Shown piece after piece: positions 8,447 through 17,868 of a stretch of DNA of 64,000 nt. Source of the stretch: Candidatus Omnitrophota bacterium (GTDB lineage Bacteria > Omnitrophota > Gorgyraeia > 2-01-FULL-45-10); the NCBI GenBank assembly GCA_041650935.1, contig JBAZKH010000002.1:64372-128371 (forward strand), read 5' to 3'. Under the pieces are notes generated by a model. That model made no database searches, had not been told where the DNA came from, and worked only from the letters and a program-made list of their open reading frames with translations. Numbering within the stretch: position 1 is the stretch's first letter; the number at the start of each line of letters is the position of its first letter. The position numbers were made by a program, and so were the translations under genes.

Positions 8447-10662
8447 TGCAGCTTAAAAATTATCAAATCAACGCTATTGGCGAGTTATTAAGTAAGGCCA
8501 AAAAGCTGTTTACCTATGCCGATAATAAAAAGCTAATATTCAAGGCTCCTACCGGCTCTGGTAAGACCATAATGGTGGCCGAGTTTTTGAAGCAGCTATG
8601 TGAGGATAAGGAGATTAAATTTCCTCTTGCCTTTATCTGGACGGCCCCACGGCAATTGCACGAGCAAAGCAAGAATAAGCTGGATTACTATTACGAGCCG
8701 AGCCGGGCCCTGCGTTGTTCTTTCTTTGAGGACTTGGACGATAAAAAGATCGACCAAAATGAAATTTTGTTCTTTAACTGGGAGAGTATTAACAAAGAAG
8801 ATAATATCTACATTCGTGATAACGAGCAGGATAATAATCTGTTAAATGTTGTCGCTCAGACCAAAGAAGAAGGCCGGACGATAATTCTTATTATAGATGA
8901 AAGTCACCATCATGCCACAAGCGAAATATCACAAAACTTAATTCGAGATATTGGACCCAAGCTAACGATCGAGGTATCCGCCACCCCGGTCCTAGAAAGC
9001 CCGGATGAGATTGTTTCCATCCAGTTAGAGGACGTCAAGGTTGAAGGGATGATCAAGAAAGCCGTTATCCTTAACCCAGAGTTTAATAATGTACTAAAAG
9101 ATGAAAAAATTCAGAGTCAACTAAGTAAGCAATCCGAAGAGTTGGTTATTGAGCTTGCCCTAAAAAAAAGGAAAATCCTGAAAGAGGCCTACCAAAAGGA
9201 AAAGATCGATATCAACCCTCTGGTGCTTGTGCAATTGCCGGATCGGCATACCAGTCTCGAAGACGTCATAAAAGATAAAGTTATAGCGATTCTAAAGGAT
9301 AAGCACAAGATAACAACCAAAAACGGTAAACTGGCAATCCATCTTTCCGGTGACCACAAAAATTTAGAGAACATTTCAAGAGCGGACAGCGAGACGGAAG
9401 TTTTAATATTTAAGCAGGCACTCGCTCTGGGTTGGGATTGTCCTCGGGCGCAAATATTGGTTCTATTTCGTGATTGGAAAAGCATTGTTTTTTCAATCCA
9501 GACGATCGGCAGGATTATGCGTATGCCCGATCCCGATTATGGCCACTATGCAAATGAAATTCTCAATCACGGATATATATTCACCAATCTGGACGATATA
9601 GCAATTCAAGAGGACATTGCCAGAGACTACATCACGATTCATATATCAAGACGTCGAGGCGATTATTCGCCTTTGGGTATGCCTTCCTGCCATTCAAAAA
9701 GGCATCGTGAAAAAACAAGATTATCGCTATTCTTTATTAAAGTCTTTTCGCAAGAAGCCGACGCTTATGGTCTTGCTAAAAAGATACAGAAGAAATCAAA
9801 AGGTTTGAGTGTAAATTTTATCTCAGATTTCAAGGCGGAGAGCGTTGACGCTTTGGTGGGACAGACGATTTCTGGTGATAAGGGCATCAAAATGACCGGA
9901 TTTGATCTGCAAAAGTATTTCGATTATTTCATCAGAAAAAATCTTGCTCCGTTTCATCCGGAGGATCGATCCATTGGCAGGCTAAAAGAAGCGATCTACT
10001 ATTTTTTTGACTACACGATGGGTATTAAGTATGAGGATGATCAGGAAGCTATTGTCGAAATGGTGCTCAGCGAGCACAATATACAGCATTTTATCAATGT
10101 TATAGATCAGACCAAGGAAAAGTATAGAGACCATGTATCGAAGAGGGAAAAAGAGCTTGATTATGATGAAAAATGGGATGTGCCGGAAAGCATCAGTTTT
10201 AGCTCTCAATGCGTCCTCGAGCATCAGAAGAAATCAATTATGCAGCCGTTTTATAACAATGGGCGGTCGGCTCTTGAAACGGCATTTATTAAATATCTGG
10301 AAAGCCCCAATAAGGTGGCTTGGTGGTTCAAAAATGGTGATCGGGATGCCGTATATTTTGCCGTTCCCTATGAAGAAGGTAGCGATAAGAAGCCTTTTTA
10401 CGTTGATTTTATTATTCGTATGAAAGATGGCTCTATCGGTCTTTTTGATACCAAATCAGGTCTTACAAGGCAAGTAGCAGGCCCAAAAGTAGACGGACTT
10501 AATGCCTATATTCACGAGCAGAATAAAAAAGGCAAAAATCTATTCGGTGGAATCGTTACCAATACCGATGCTCGCAATTATACCGGCCGATGGATTTATT
10601 TTAATAAGGACGCAAAAGTTTTTACGAATAGCTTTGATAACTGGGAAAATTTGGTTTTATAG
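8446..10662 (+). CDS. res: Type III restriction enzyme Res subunit (SF2 helicase plus endonuclease)
   Basis: 738 aa. Walker A APTGSGKT. DExH-like IIDESHHHA. Translationally coupled to mod. Confidence 0.75.
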   Translation: MQLKNYQINAIGELLSKAKKLFTYADNKKLIFKAPTGSGKTIMVAEFLKQLCEDKEIKFPLAFIWTAPRQLHEQSKNKLDYYYEPSRALRCSFFEDLDDKKIDQNEILFFNWESINKEDNIYIRDNEQDNNLLNVVAQTKEEGRTIILIIDESHHHATSEISQNLIRDIGPKLTIEVSATPVLESPDEIVSIQLEDVKVEGMIKKAVILNPEFNNVLKDEKIQSQLSKQSEELVIELALKKRKILKEAYQKEKIDINPLVLVQLPDRHTSLEDVIKDKVIAILKDKHKITTKNGKLAIHLSGDHKNLENISRADSETEVLIFKQALALGWDCPRAQILVLFRDWKSIVFSIQTIGRIMRMPDPDYGHYANEILNHGYIFTNLDDIAIQEDIARDYITIHISRRRGDYSPLGMPSCHSKRHREKTRLSLFFIKVFSQEADAYGLAKKIQKKSKGLSVNFISDFKAESVDALVGQTISGDKGIKMTGFDLQKYFDYFIRKNLAPFHPEDRSIGRLKEAIYYFFDYTMGIKYEDDQEAIVEMVLSEHNIQHFINVIDQTKEKYRDHVSKREKELDYDEKWDVPESISFSSQCVLEHQKKSIMQPFYNNGRSALETAFIKYLESPNKVAWWFKNGDRDAVYFAVPYEEGSDKKPFYVDFIIRMKDGSIGLFDTKSGLTRQVAGPKVDGLNAYIHEQNKKGKNLFGGIVTNTDARNYTGRWIYFNKDAKVFTNSFDNWENLVL

Positions 10663-10688
10663 AATAATATGATTAGATAAGGAAAATT

Positions 10689-10835
10689 ATGGATAAGAAA
10701 TCGCATACATCGCTAGAAGTGTTTTTTAATTCTCTTGAGGAGAAGGATAAAGAGCTATTGGTAGATTATATGAAAGATCGTAAATATGAAAGTCTTTCTA
10801 GTAAATTCGACACGCTTTTAAAGACGAAAAAATGA
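10689..10835 (+). CDS. Possible 48-aa ORF translationally coupled (ATGA overlap) to the downstream ATPase
   Basis: Start ATG 10689 with an upstream AAGGA-like RBS. The TGA stop overlaps the ATG of 10832. Below the ORF-track length cutoff. Confidence 0.25.
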   Translation: MDKKSHTSLEVFFNSLEEKDKELLVDYMKDRKYESLSSKFDTLLKTKK

Positions 10836-13219
10836 AAATTACTAAACTCACAATAAGAGGATTTAGAGGATTTAACGAACAACAATCAATACCATTAGAT
10901 AGTAATGTTATCTTAGTTTATGGTTTGAATGGTTCAGGGAAGAGCAGTTTTACAGAGGCCTTGGAATGGCTATTTTTTGGTGAAATATCTAGGCAGCGGC
11001 TATCTCGTTGTCGTTCTGAATATCAATACGAGGAATATTTAAAGAACCTTTTTTATAATGATACCGGAAATCCTTTTGTCGAGATAGAAGGTATAATTAA
11101 TGGTAAAAATATAAAGATAAAGAAAGAAATAAATCCAGATGGCGAAAAACTCTTCATAGATGATAAAGAATCCCCAGATCTTAATGCCATCAATCTCAAT
11201 TTAGAGAGCTATTTCAGACCAATGCTTGCTCAAACCGAAATAAAAGCTCTGGTAGATTCTGAGCAAAAAGATCGATGGGAGCAGCTTTCAAGCATTTTAG
11301 GCCAAGATGAACTTACTAACCTTAGGGAAAACCTGATATCTCTTAGAAATAATAAGAAAAAGGACGAAAATTATAAAAAACAAGAGTTGAAATGGCAATC
11401 TATTCTAAGTGATATAACTGAACTTCAATCTCTCTCGCAACTTAACCGTGCTATTCAGGATTTAGATAGCATTAATTTGCTTTCCGGAATAAAAAATATT
11501 ACCGGAAGTTCTACAAATAATCTTCAAGATATTCTTAAAGAAGTTAGAATTAGGCAAAAAAGCCTTCTGAATACCGAAATAGGCAAGCGTGTAACCGAAA
11601 TATCCTATCTAGACGCTATTGAATTATCGAAATATTTAAAAGAATTATCGGATAGTTTTACGAAGCTTGAGGAGCATTTAATAATATCAACGAAAGAAGG
11701 GCATGATCATGATTATTTAGATTTTCTAAAAAATGGATTAGCTTTTGTGAAATTACCAGAATGCCCATATTGTTTGGAAAAAACATTAAATCAAAAACGC
11801 TTGGATGATATCAATGAAAAATTGGAATTAGGCAAGGAGTCTCGAGAAGCAAAAAACCAGTTCGATCAGCTCAAGAATTCCATAAAATTATGGATACAGT
11901 CTTTTCCCGAAAGCATTAAGTCGTATCTTCCATCTCAACAAGAGTTAAAAATAATATCACAGAAATTCCTTGATATAGAAGAAGCAGAATTGGCAGTTAA
12001 GGTTCAGAACATCGAGAAAGAAATAGCTACTACAATTGCAAGTCTTAATAAAGAATTAAAAAGCGCTATTGATGAATTTCATGGTTATCTTGAAATAAGA
12101 TATTTTCATAAAGGTACTGTGGATGAAAATATACCAAAAAAACTATCTGACATCATACAAAAAATAATATCTCAGCAGAATGACATTATTACGAAATGGG
12201 AAGATTTAAAAATAGAAATAGCGAAAAGCTTATCTATTACAGGAGTCGTAAACCAAGAGGAAATAAAAAAGTGGTTAGCTTTGGAAAAAATAGCCTCTTT
12301 TTTCATTAACGCAGTAGAGTTTATTAAATGTGCAAGCTTACTTAAACAAATCGATGTGATACAGGCCAAGTTAGAGCAATATGAGAAAAGTGAAATTACT
12401 AGACTTTTACAAGAACATGCTACTGAAATAAAAGCGTACTATGAAAAACTAAACCCAGGAGATAAAATTCAGTTTTCTGGAATAGAAGTAAAAGGTGGAG
12501 TGAGGCGTCAGGCTAAGCTTAGCGCGGAAGCTTTTGGTAAAGTTGTTAATCCAGTTACCTTTTTTAGCGAGGCACATACCAATAGTTTAGCATTGAGTAT
12601 TTATTTTCCCCAAAGAGTAGATCGAAACAATACTTGGGATGTTGTTATACTGGATGATCCTGTTCAATCAATGGATGAAAATCATTCACAAGCATTGATT
12701 GATATTTTGGTCGGTATATCTACGAAGAAACAAGTGATAGTGTTGACTCATTCAAAATCATTCTTCCGTCGTTTGTGTGCTCGCTTTGGGCATTTGAAAC
12801 CAAAGATATTTTTATTCCATAATAATGATGAGAAAGGTCCATCTATTTGTCTTGATAAAGGAGAAACTCTTTCCTATTTGTCATTAATTGAGGAAAATTG
12901 TAAAAAGGGAGACCTTAGATCATTAGAAACTGCTTCTCAACATTTACGGAAATCCATAGAGTCTGTATGTTTAGAGTTTCTATTAGATAAAGGAACAAGT
13001 TTTAGCAAAGCACAGAAACTACAAAATGCTGGTTTGCAATCTTCTTTTGCAGAATGCGAAAAGTTAGGTTTGCCTGCGTCTGAAACAGGCAAGCTAAAAA
13101 GTGTATTGGATACTTCACACAGTGATTCACATGCTTGGAGTATTGCTGATACAACTGTCGGTACTATACAAGTTGGAAAAAAGTACGTCCAAGATATTTA
13201 TGATGCATACTTAAAATAA
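10832..13219 (+). CDS. Rad50/SbcC/SMC-like ABC ATPase with a long coiled-coil insert and about 190-aa C-terminal extension. Candidate defence ATPase.
   Basis: 795 aa. N-terminal Walker A GLNGSGKSS. Signature-like FSEAHTNSLALS, Walker B VVILDDPVQSMD and H-loop VLTHS near the C-terminus. About 500 aa of predicted coiled coil lie between. Confidence 0.6.
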   Translation: MKITKLTIRGFRGFNEQQSIPLDSNVILVYGLNGSGKSSFTEALEWLFFGEISRQRLSRCRSEYQYEEYLKNLFYNDTGNPFVEIEGIINGKNIKIKKEINPDGEKLFIDDKESPDLNAINLNLESYFRPMLAQTEIKALVDSEQKDRWEQLSSILGQDELTNLRENLISLRNNKKKDENYKKQELKWQSILSDITELQSLSQLNRAIQDLDSINLLSGIKNITGSSTNNLQDILKEVRIRQKSLLNTEIGKRVTEISYLDAIELSKYLKELSDSFTKLEEHLIISTKEGHDHDYLDFLKNGLAFVKLPECPYCLEKTLNQKRLDDINEKLELGKESREAKNQFDQLKNSIKLWIQSFPESIKSYLPSQQELKIISQKFLDIEEAELAVKVQNIEKEIATTIASLNKELKSAIDEFHGYLEIRYFHKGTVDENIPKKLSDIIQKIISQQNDIITKWEDLKIEIAKSLSITGVVNQEEIKKWLALEKIASFFINAVEFIKCASLLKQIDVIQAKLEQYEKSEITRLLQEHATEIKAYYEKLNPGDKIQFSGIEVKGGVRRQAKLSAEAFGKVVNPVTFFSEAHTNSLALSIYFPQRVDRNNTWDVVILDDPVQSMDENHSQALIDILVGISTKKQVIVLTHSKSFFRRLCARFGHLKPKIFLFHNNDEKGPSICLDKGETLSYLSLIEENCKKGDLRSLETASQHLRKSIESVCLEFLLDKGTSFSKAQKLQNAGLQSSFAECEKLGLPASETGKLKSVLDTSHSDSHAWSIADTTVGTIQVGKKYVQDIYDAYLK

Positions 13220-13279
13220 TTTATTTGGATGAATCGGAATCGAGAACGGTCCAGAAGGTGCCATTTCATAAATTAAACT

Positions 13280-14011
13280 ATGAAACCCGGCGACATACTA
13301 CTATTTAAGGCAGAAAAAGATTTAGCCTCAAAACTTATCGCGTGGGGCACTAACAGTCTCTATAGTCATGTTGCCATTTGCGTCTCGGAGGAGATGAATC
13401 TTGCTATCGAATCTATCCCCGGCGGAGGCGTCCGTGGCCGTGACATAAGAAAGATCCAGGAAACCTATGACGTCTATAGCATTAAAGACGGATATAGTTT
13501 CGATCTGCATAGCACAATATCTTATCTGGTAGATAAGTTAAACGCGAAGTACGATACCTGGGGTATCACATTTCTTGGTATTTTAAAATTTTTTATCAGA
13601 ATAGGCTGCCCCTTGAGACCCATAGCAAATAAGTGGCAAAAGGATCGAGACTATTTCTGTTCCGAGCTTTGTTATGAGGCGTTTTATCGCGGCGGAGGGC
13701 TCGATATAGTGCCAGCCGTTTCCGAAGCAGATGTAACTTCCCCGGGTGATATCGCAAAGAGCCAGATTGTGGAGTTAATAGAGAGTAAAAAGGGAAAGGA
13801 GCCGGCCATGGGATGGTATATGAAGATGGTGGAGAGAGTAAAGGCGCTTGATACCCCGATGTTTATGCTATTTGTAAGCGTTAAGGCGCTCGGTGGTTTG
13901 GCGATCGGTATCATAATCGCGCCTTATGTTGGCAGGATAGGGTGGTGGGTACTACTTGCGGCTATTATTATATCTATCCCCCTAATGCTTAAAATATTTA
14001 AAAAGACATAA
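13280..14011 (+). CDS. YiiX/YaeF-like permuted papain-fold amidase (Peptidase C92 / DUF830 family) with a C-terminal transmembrane anchor
   Basis: 243 aa. N-terminal GDILLFKAEKDLASKLIAWGTNSLYSHVAI (family GDILL...S..I...T.S.YSHV motif). Downstream Cys in CSELCYEAF. The C-terminal 60 aa are strongly hydrophobic (two predicted TM helices). Confidence 0.5.
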   Translation: MKPGDILLFKAEKDLASKLIAWGTNSLYSHVAICVSEEMNLAIESIPGGGVRGRDIRKIQETYDVYSIKDGYSFDLHSTISYLVDKLNAKYDTWGITFLGILKFFIRIGCPLRPIANKWQKDRDYFCSELCYEAFYRGGGLDIVPAVSEADVTSPGDIAKSQIVELIESKKGKEPAMGWYMKMVERVKALDTPMFMLFVSVKALGGLAIGIIIAPYVGRIGWWVLLAAIIISIPLMLKIFKKT

Positions 14012-14264
14012 CGATATATAAATTAGGAACAACAACGACCATTTTTTAATATTCCCGAATCAAAAACCGGTCGCGATTACACGGCCGGAGTTAGCAATCG
14101 AAAATAAATAAATCTCAATCCCTGAACAGATTATGCCTATTCGGGGATTTTCATTTCCATCAGAGTAAAGATTTTTGTTGACAGGAATAGCCGACTGTAA
14201 TATAATCTTACAAGACTTGTAATATAATCGAACATATGATACACTTTATATTGGAGGTGAGAGC

Positions 14265-15026
14265 ATGATTACAAAGCATAAGCTTGCGGAAAGAATAAAA
14301 AAGATGCGAGAAGATAGGGAGCTCTCACAAGAGGAGCTTGCTGCCAAGCTGGGAGTGCCTCGTCCTTCAATATCTCAGATCGAATCAGGACAAAGGGATA
14401 TAAGCAGTATAGAGCTGGCAAAGATTGCAAAGATATTCGAAATCTCAATGGATGATTTATTAAGCCCAGACCTAGATGGAAAAGAACGTATGGATATGAA
14501 AAGAGAGCCAAAAATGCCTAAATTCAACAAAGAGAAGTTTAAGCAAGTGCTGCTGTATATCTTAGATAAGTGCGGAGCCAAGGCTAACGTTGGAGAAACA
14601 GTATTATATAAGCTGCTTTATTTTTCTGACTTTAACTATTATGAACTATTCGAAGACTATTTGACAGGAGCAGCTTATAGAAAGATAAGTTACGGGCCAG
14701 CCCCTTGTGATTTTCAGCATATTGTTCAGGAGATGATAGATGAAGGCAAGTTAAAGAAGGTCACAACAGAGTATTATGGCAAGCCTCAGAAGAAATATTT
14801 ACCGCTAGTCAATGCTGATATAAATGAATGGAAATGGAGCGCACGGGAAAAAGAAGTAATTGATAACGTCATTGAGAGATTGTCTGCTATGGATGCCACC
14901 ACAATAAGCGAATTTTCTCATGAGGATATCCCGTGGGAGGTAACCAAGGACAAGGAAATAATAGACTACGATACCGTCTTCTATAGAAAACCGCCCTTTT
15001 CAGTGAGAGCATACCCCGAGGAATGA
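14265..15026 (+). CDS. XRE-family HTH fused to a Panacea/SocA-like (DUF4065) domain. Putative antitoxin.
   Basis: 253 aa. N-terminal HTH LSQEELAAKLGVPRPSISQIESGQRDIS. The C-terminal region VLYKLLYFSDFNYYELFEDYLTGAAYRKISYGPAP matches the DUF4065 pattern. Confidence 0.55.
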   Translation: MITKHKLAERIKKMREDRELSQEELAAKLGVPRPSISQIESGQRDISSIELAKIAKIFEISMDDLLSPDLDGKERMDMKREPKMPKFNKEKFKQVLLYILDKCGAKANVGETVLYKLLYFSDFNYYELFEDYLTGAAYRKISYGPAPCDFQHIVQEMIDEGKLKKVTTEYYGKPQKKYLPLVNADINEWKWSAREKEVIDNVIERLSAMDATTISEFSHEDIPWEVTKDKEIIDYDTVFYRKPPFSVRAYPEE

Positions 15027-15030
15027 CATC

Positions 15031-15375
15031 ATGGAATTTACATCTGTGGCTGAATTCGACTCGGAGTTTGATAAGCTCCTCAAAAAATACCGCAGTTTAG
15101 AAGAAGACCTAAAAGTCCTAAAAGCCGTTCTGGTGAAATACCCTCGTGGATACGAACCTTTTGCATTACGGATACCCGGCCTTGGCATTGAAACAGAGAT
15201 CTATAAGGTTAAGCACTTTCGGTGTAAGGCATTGAACAGAGGATCACGCAGCGGCATCAGGGTAATATATGCGTACCTAGAAGCTAAACAAGAAATCAAG
15301 TTCGTGGAAATATACTATAAAGAAAAAGGCGACGTAGACTGTAACAAGGAGAGGATTCAGAAGTATTTTACATAA
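15031..15375 (+). CDS. Putative RelE/ParE-superfamily toxin partnered with the Panacea antitoxin
   Basis: 114 aa, 4 nt downstream of the antitoxin. The C-terminal GIRVIYAYLEAKQEIKFVEIYYK resembles the RelE/ParE R-V-I-Y core. Confidence 0.4.
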   Translation: MEFTSVAEFDSEFDKLLKKYRSLEEDLKVLKAVLVKYPRGYEPFALRIPGLGIETEIYKVKHFRCKALNRGSRSGIRVIYAYLEAKQEIKFVEIYYKEKGDVDCNKERIQKYFT

Positions 15376-15543
15376 AAAGAAGAGGACGGAATAAAATTAA
15401 AAGGTTTGCGACCCCTCTTATCCCGCCCTCCATACTAGTAATCTGCTCTAGTATTGCTGGCAACAGTTTATAATAGTGAGGTGAAGGTAGTCAACAACTT
15501 TGTCGGTTTCCCTGCAGAAATTCCATAGGAAGGAGACTACCCA

Positions 15544-15750
15544 ATGGCAAAGTACAACAGAAACTCGGGGAAGCCTTGGAAGTCAAGCGAAGTATCACAG
15601 CTGAAAAGCTTGGCGCGCCAAAACACCCCTACCAGAGTCATCGGTTTAAAATTAGGACGTACGCCAGATGCCGTATATAGCCGGGCAAGTGAAGAGAATA
15701 TATCATTAGATCCGACTAACCGATCACCCTATAATCGTAGAGCGAGATAA
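15544..15750 (+). CDS. Hypothetical small basic protein
   Basis: 68 aa. Good RBS GGAAGGAG 8 nt upstream. No recognisable motif. Confidence 0.3.
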   Translation: MAKYNRNSGKPWKSSEVSQLKSLARQNTPTRVIGLKLGRTPDAVYSRASEENISLDPTNRSPYNRRAR

Positions 15751-16089
15751 GGGAAAAGCATTAATGTAATACTAAATGCCCATCCGTTTGAGGTGGGCAT
15801 TTAGTATGTTCAGGCGATTTTATAATAAAAATCACGAAGAAAGGATAATAAAACACGGCCTTACGCCTTACCATCGCAGGTCTTGGTGTCAAGCCATCGA
15901 GCGACGAAGAGGAATTAAACTTAATATATTCAAATAAATCATAAGTAATCATGGAAAGAATTGGATATAGGGAACCATTCATTACCGAAAATCATCGCTG
16001 TCCAGAACTGAATCACCCGAAGTAGTGCTACAAAACTCGCGCTATAATCTTATGCGTATGATATAATTACATAATTAATAAGGCAGATT

Positions 16090-17133
16090 ATGAAAAGAAT
16101 ACCGAAAGAATATGAAATCGGGGATAAGACCATAGACAGCTTGATAAGTGAACTTACCAAGAGATCCGGTTCTGTTGAAACCGAACACGTGCTGCGCGAA
16201 ATCCTTACGACTGCTGTTAAGTTAGGAAGGGAATCAAGCGATAAGGGAGATCTGAAGCTTATCAATAATGCTCTGAAAGAATTGCGGTATTCTTTCAAGA
16301 TATTTTCTCCTTATAGAGATATTAAAAAGGTGATAATCTTCGGATCTGCGAGATCAAAGAAGACATCAGCCGAATATAAGATGGCTGAGGAATTTACGCG
16401 AAAGCTGACAGCTAAGGGTTATATGATCGTAACCGGAGGCGGTCCCGGGGTTATGGAGGCCGGAAACAAAGGTGCTAAAGCAGGCAAGGAATTTGCGTTA
16501 AATATAAGGCTTCCTTTTGAGCAAAAGCCCAATCCGTATATTGACGAAAAAGATAAAATAATCAACTTTAAATATTTTTTCACAAGAAAACTGATCTTTG
16601 TCAAAGAGACCGATGCCACCGCTCTTTTCCCCGGCGGATTCGGCACGCATGATGAGGGGTTTGAAATGCTTACCCTGATCCAAACCGGTAAATCTAGGCC
16701 CAGGCCAATAGTTTTAATGGAACCCAAAGGCTCGACATATTGGGAGGCATGGAAACGCTATGTAGTCGACCATCTGCTTAAAAATGACTTTATTGCAAAA
16801 GAAGACCTTAAGCTTTTTCGTATTACGAAGACTGCTGACGAAGCAATAAAATATATTGATGATTTTTACAGGATATATCACTCAATAAGATATGTCTCGG
16901 GCCTGACTGTAATAAGATTGAATAAAGAGATCTCGCCAAAAAAGCTAAAATTAATCAATCAAGAGTTTAGGGACATTTTGACAAGCGGTGAGATCAAGAG
17001 TTCGCCTCCGATGAATAAAGAGGTTCAGGAAAGGGAATATCTTAATCTGCCCAGGATAGCGATGAATTTTAATATGCGTGACTATGGCAGGCTTTGCGAG
17101 ATGATCCATGCCATTAATAGAGACCAGTCGTAA
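16090..17133 (+). CDS. LOG-family (TIGR00730-type) nucleotide 5'-monophosphate nucleosidase-like protein
   Basis: 347 aa. TGGGPGVMEAGNKGA and PGGFGTHDE motifs typical of LOG/PpnN Rossmann proteins. Confidence 0.7.
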   Translation: MKRIPKEYEIGDKTIDSLISELTKRSGSVETEHVLREILTTAVKLGRESSDKGDLKLINNALKELRYSFKIFSPYRDIKKVIIFGSARSKKTSAEYKMAEEFTRKLTAKGYMIVTGGGPGVMEAGNKGAKAGKEFALNIRLPFEQKPNPYIDEKDKIINFKYFFTRKLIFVKETDATALFPGGFGTHDEGFEMLTLIQTGKSRPRPIVLMEPKGSTYWEAWKRYVVDHLLKNDFIAKEDLKLFRITKTADEAIKYIDDFYRIYHSIRYVSGLTVIRLNKEISPKKLKLINQEFRDILTSGEIKSSPPMNKEVQEREYLNLPRIAMNFNMRDYGRLCEMIHAINRDQS

Positions 17134-17175
17134 ACGCGTGCAGGTTTTGGTATAATAGGGCAAAGGCAGGCATTA

Positions 17176-17868
17176 ATGAAAGAGCGCATACTCATAGTCG
17201 AAGATGACAAGCACATATCTAAATTGGTTAAATTTAACCTCGAAAAAGCCAATTATGAATGTACTATTGCCGCAACCGGAGAGAAGGCCCTGGAAGCATT
17301 GGATGACCGATCCGTAGATCTTATAATCTTAGACATAATGCTTCCCGGCATGGATGGATTCGGGATTTGCCGTGCGATAAAAGAAAAAGAAAAGTTTAAA
17401 AACATACCAATAATAATGCTTACCGCCAAGGGCGAAGAAGTCGATAGAATAGTCGGGCTTGAATTAGGGGCGGATGACTACATAGTTAAGCCATTCAGCC
17501 CGAGGGAGCTGGTGCTAAGGGTTAAAGCGATTCTAAAAAGAGGTAAGGTTGAAGAAGCTAAAAAAGATATTCTGGCGGCAGGAGACATAATAGTCGATAT
17601 TCCAAAACATAAAGTAACAGTTAAAGAAAAACCTATAGACCTTACCCAGATGGAGTTCAAGCTTTTAGTGACGCTTATGGAAAGGCGAAGCCGGGTACAG
17701 ACACGAGAAAGGCTTTTGTCCGATGTCTGGGATATGGGTACAGGCGTTGATACGCGTACTATCGATACGCATGTGAAACGCCTAAGAGAGAAACTGGGCA
17801 AATCCGGCAGTCTTATAGAGACCATAAGGGGGCTCGGTTACAAATTCAAGGAAGAAGATGAGGATTAG
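17176..17868 (+). CDS. phoB: OmpR/PhoB-family response regulator (probable PhoB)
   Basis: 230 aa. Receiver domain with DD...D...K residues. C-terminal winged-helix (KPFSPRELVLRVKAIL...). Followed by a histidine kinase and the pst operon. Confidence 0.75.
   Translation: MKERILIVEDDKHISKLVKFNLEKANYECTIAATGEKALEALDDRSVDLIILDIMLPGMDGFGICRAIKEKEKFKNIPIIMLTAKGEEVDRIVGLELGADDYIVKPFSPRELVLRVKAILKRGKVEEAKKDILAAGDIIVDIPKHKVTVKEKPIDLTQMEFKLLVTLMERRSRVQTRERLLSDVWDMGTGVDTRTIDTHVKRLREKLGKSGSLIETIRGLGYKFKEEDED

Larger units (their letters stand above)
3890..16089. mobile_element. Accessory region 1. Genomic island adjacent to tRNA-Glu carrying a serine recombinase module, Type III restriction-modification, an ATPase/peptidase pair and a toxin-antitoxin pair.
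   Basis: Begins at the tRNA 3' end. Recombinase plus DUF2924 at its left end. Defence-gene cargo. Backbone genes resume at the LOG gene and pho cluster. The right boundary is approximate. Confidence 0.45.

Noticed and set aside
15773-15812. Hairpin ACTAAATGCCCA-N12-TGGGCATTTAGT after the small ORF at 15544
   Set aside because: Could be a terminator but lacks a convincing T-run on either strand. Left unannotated.
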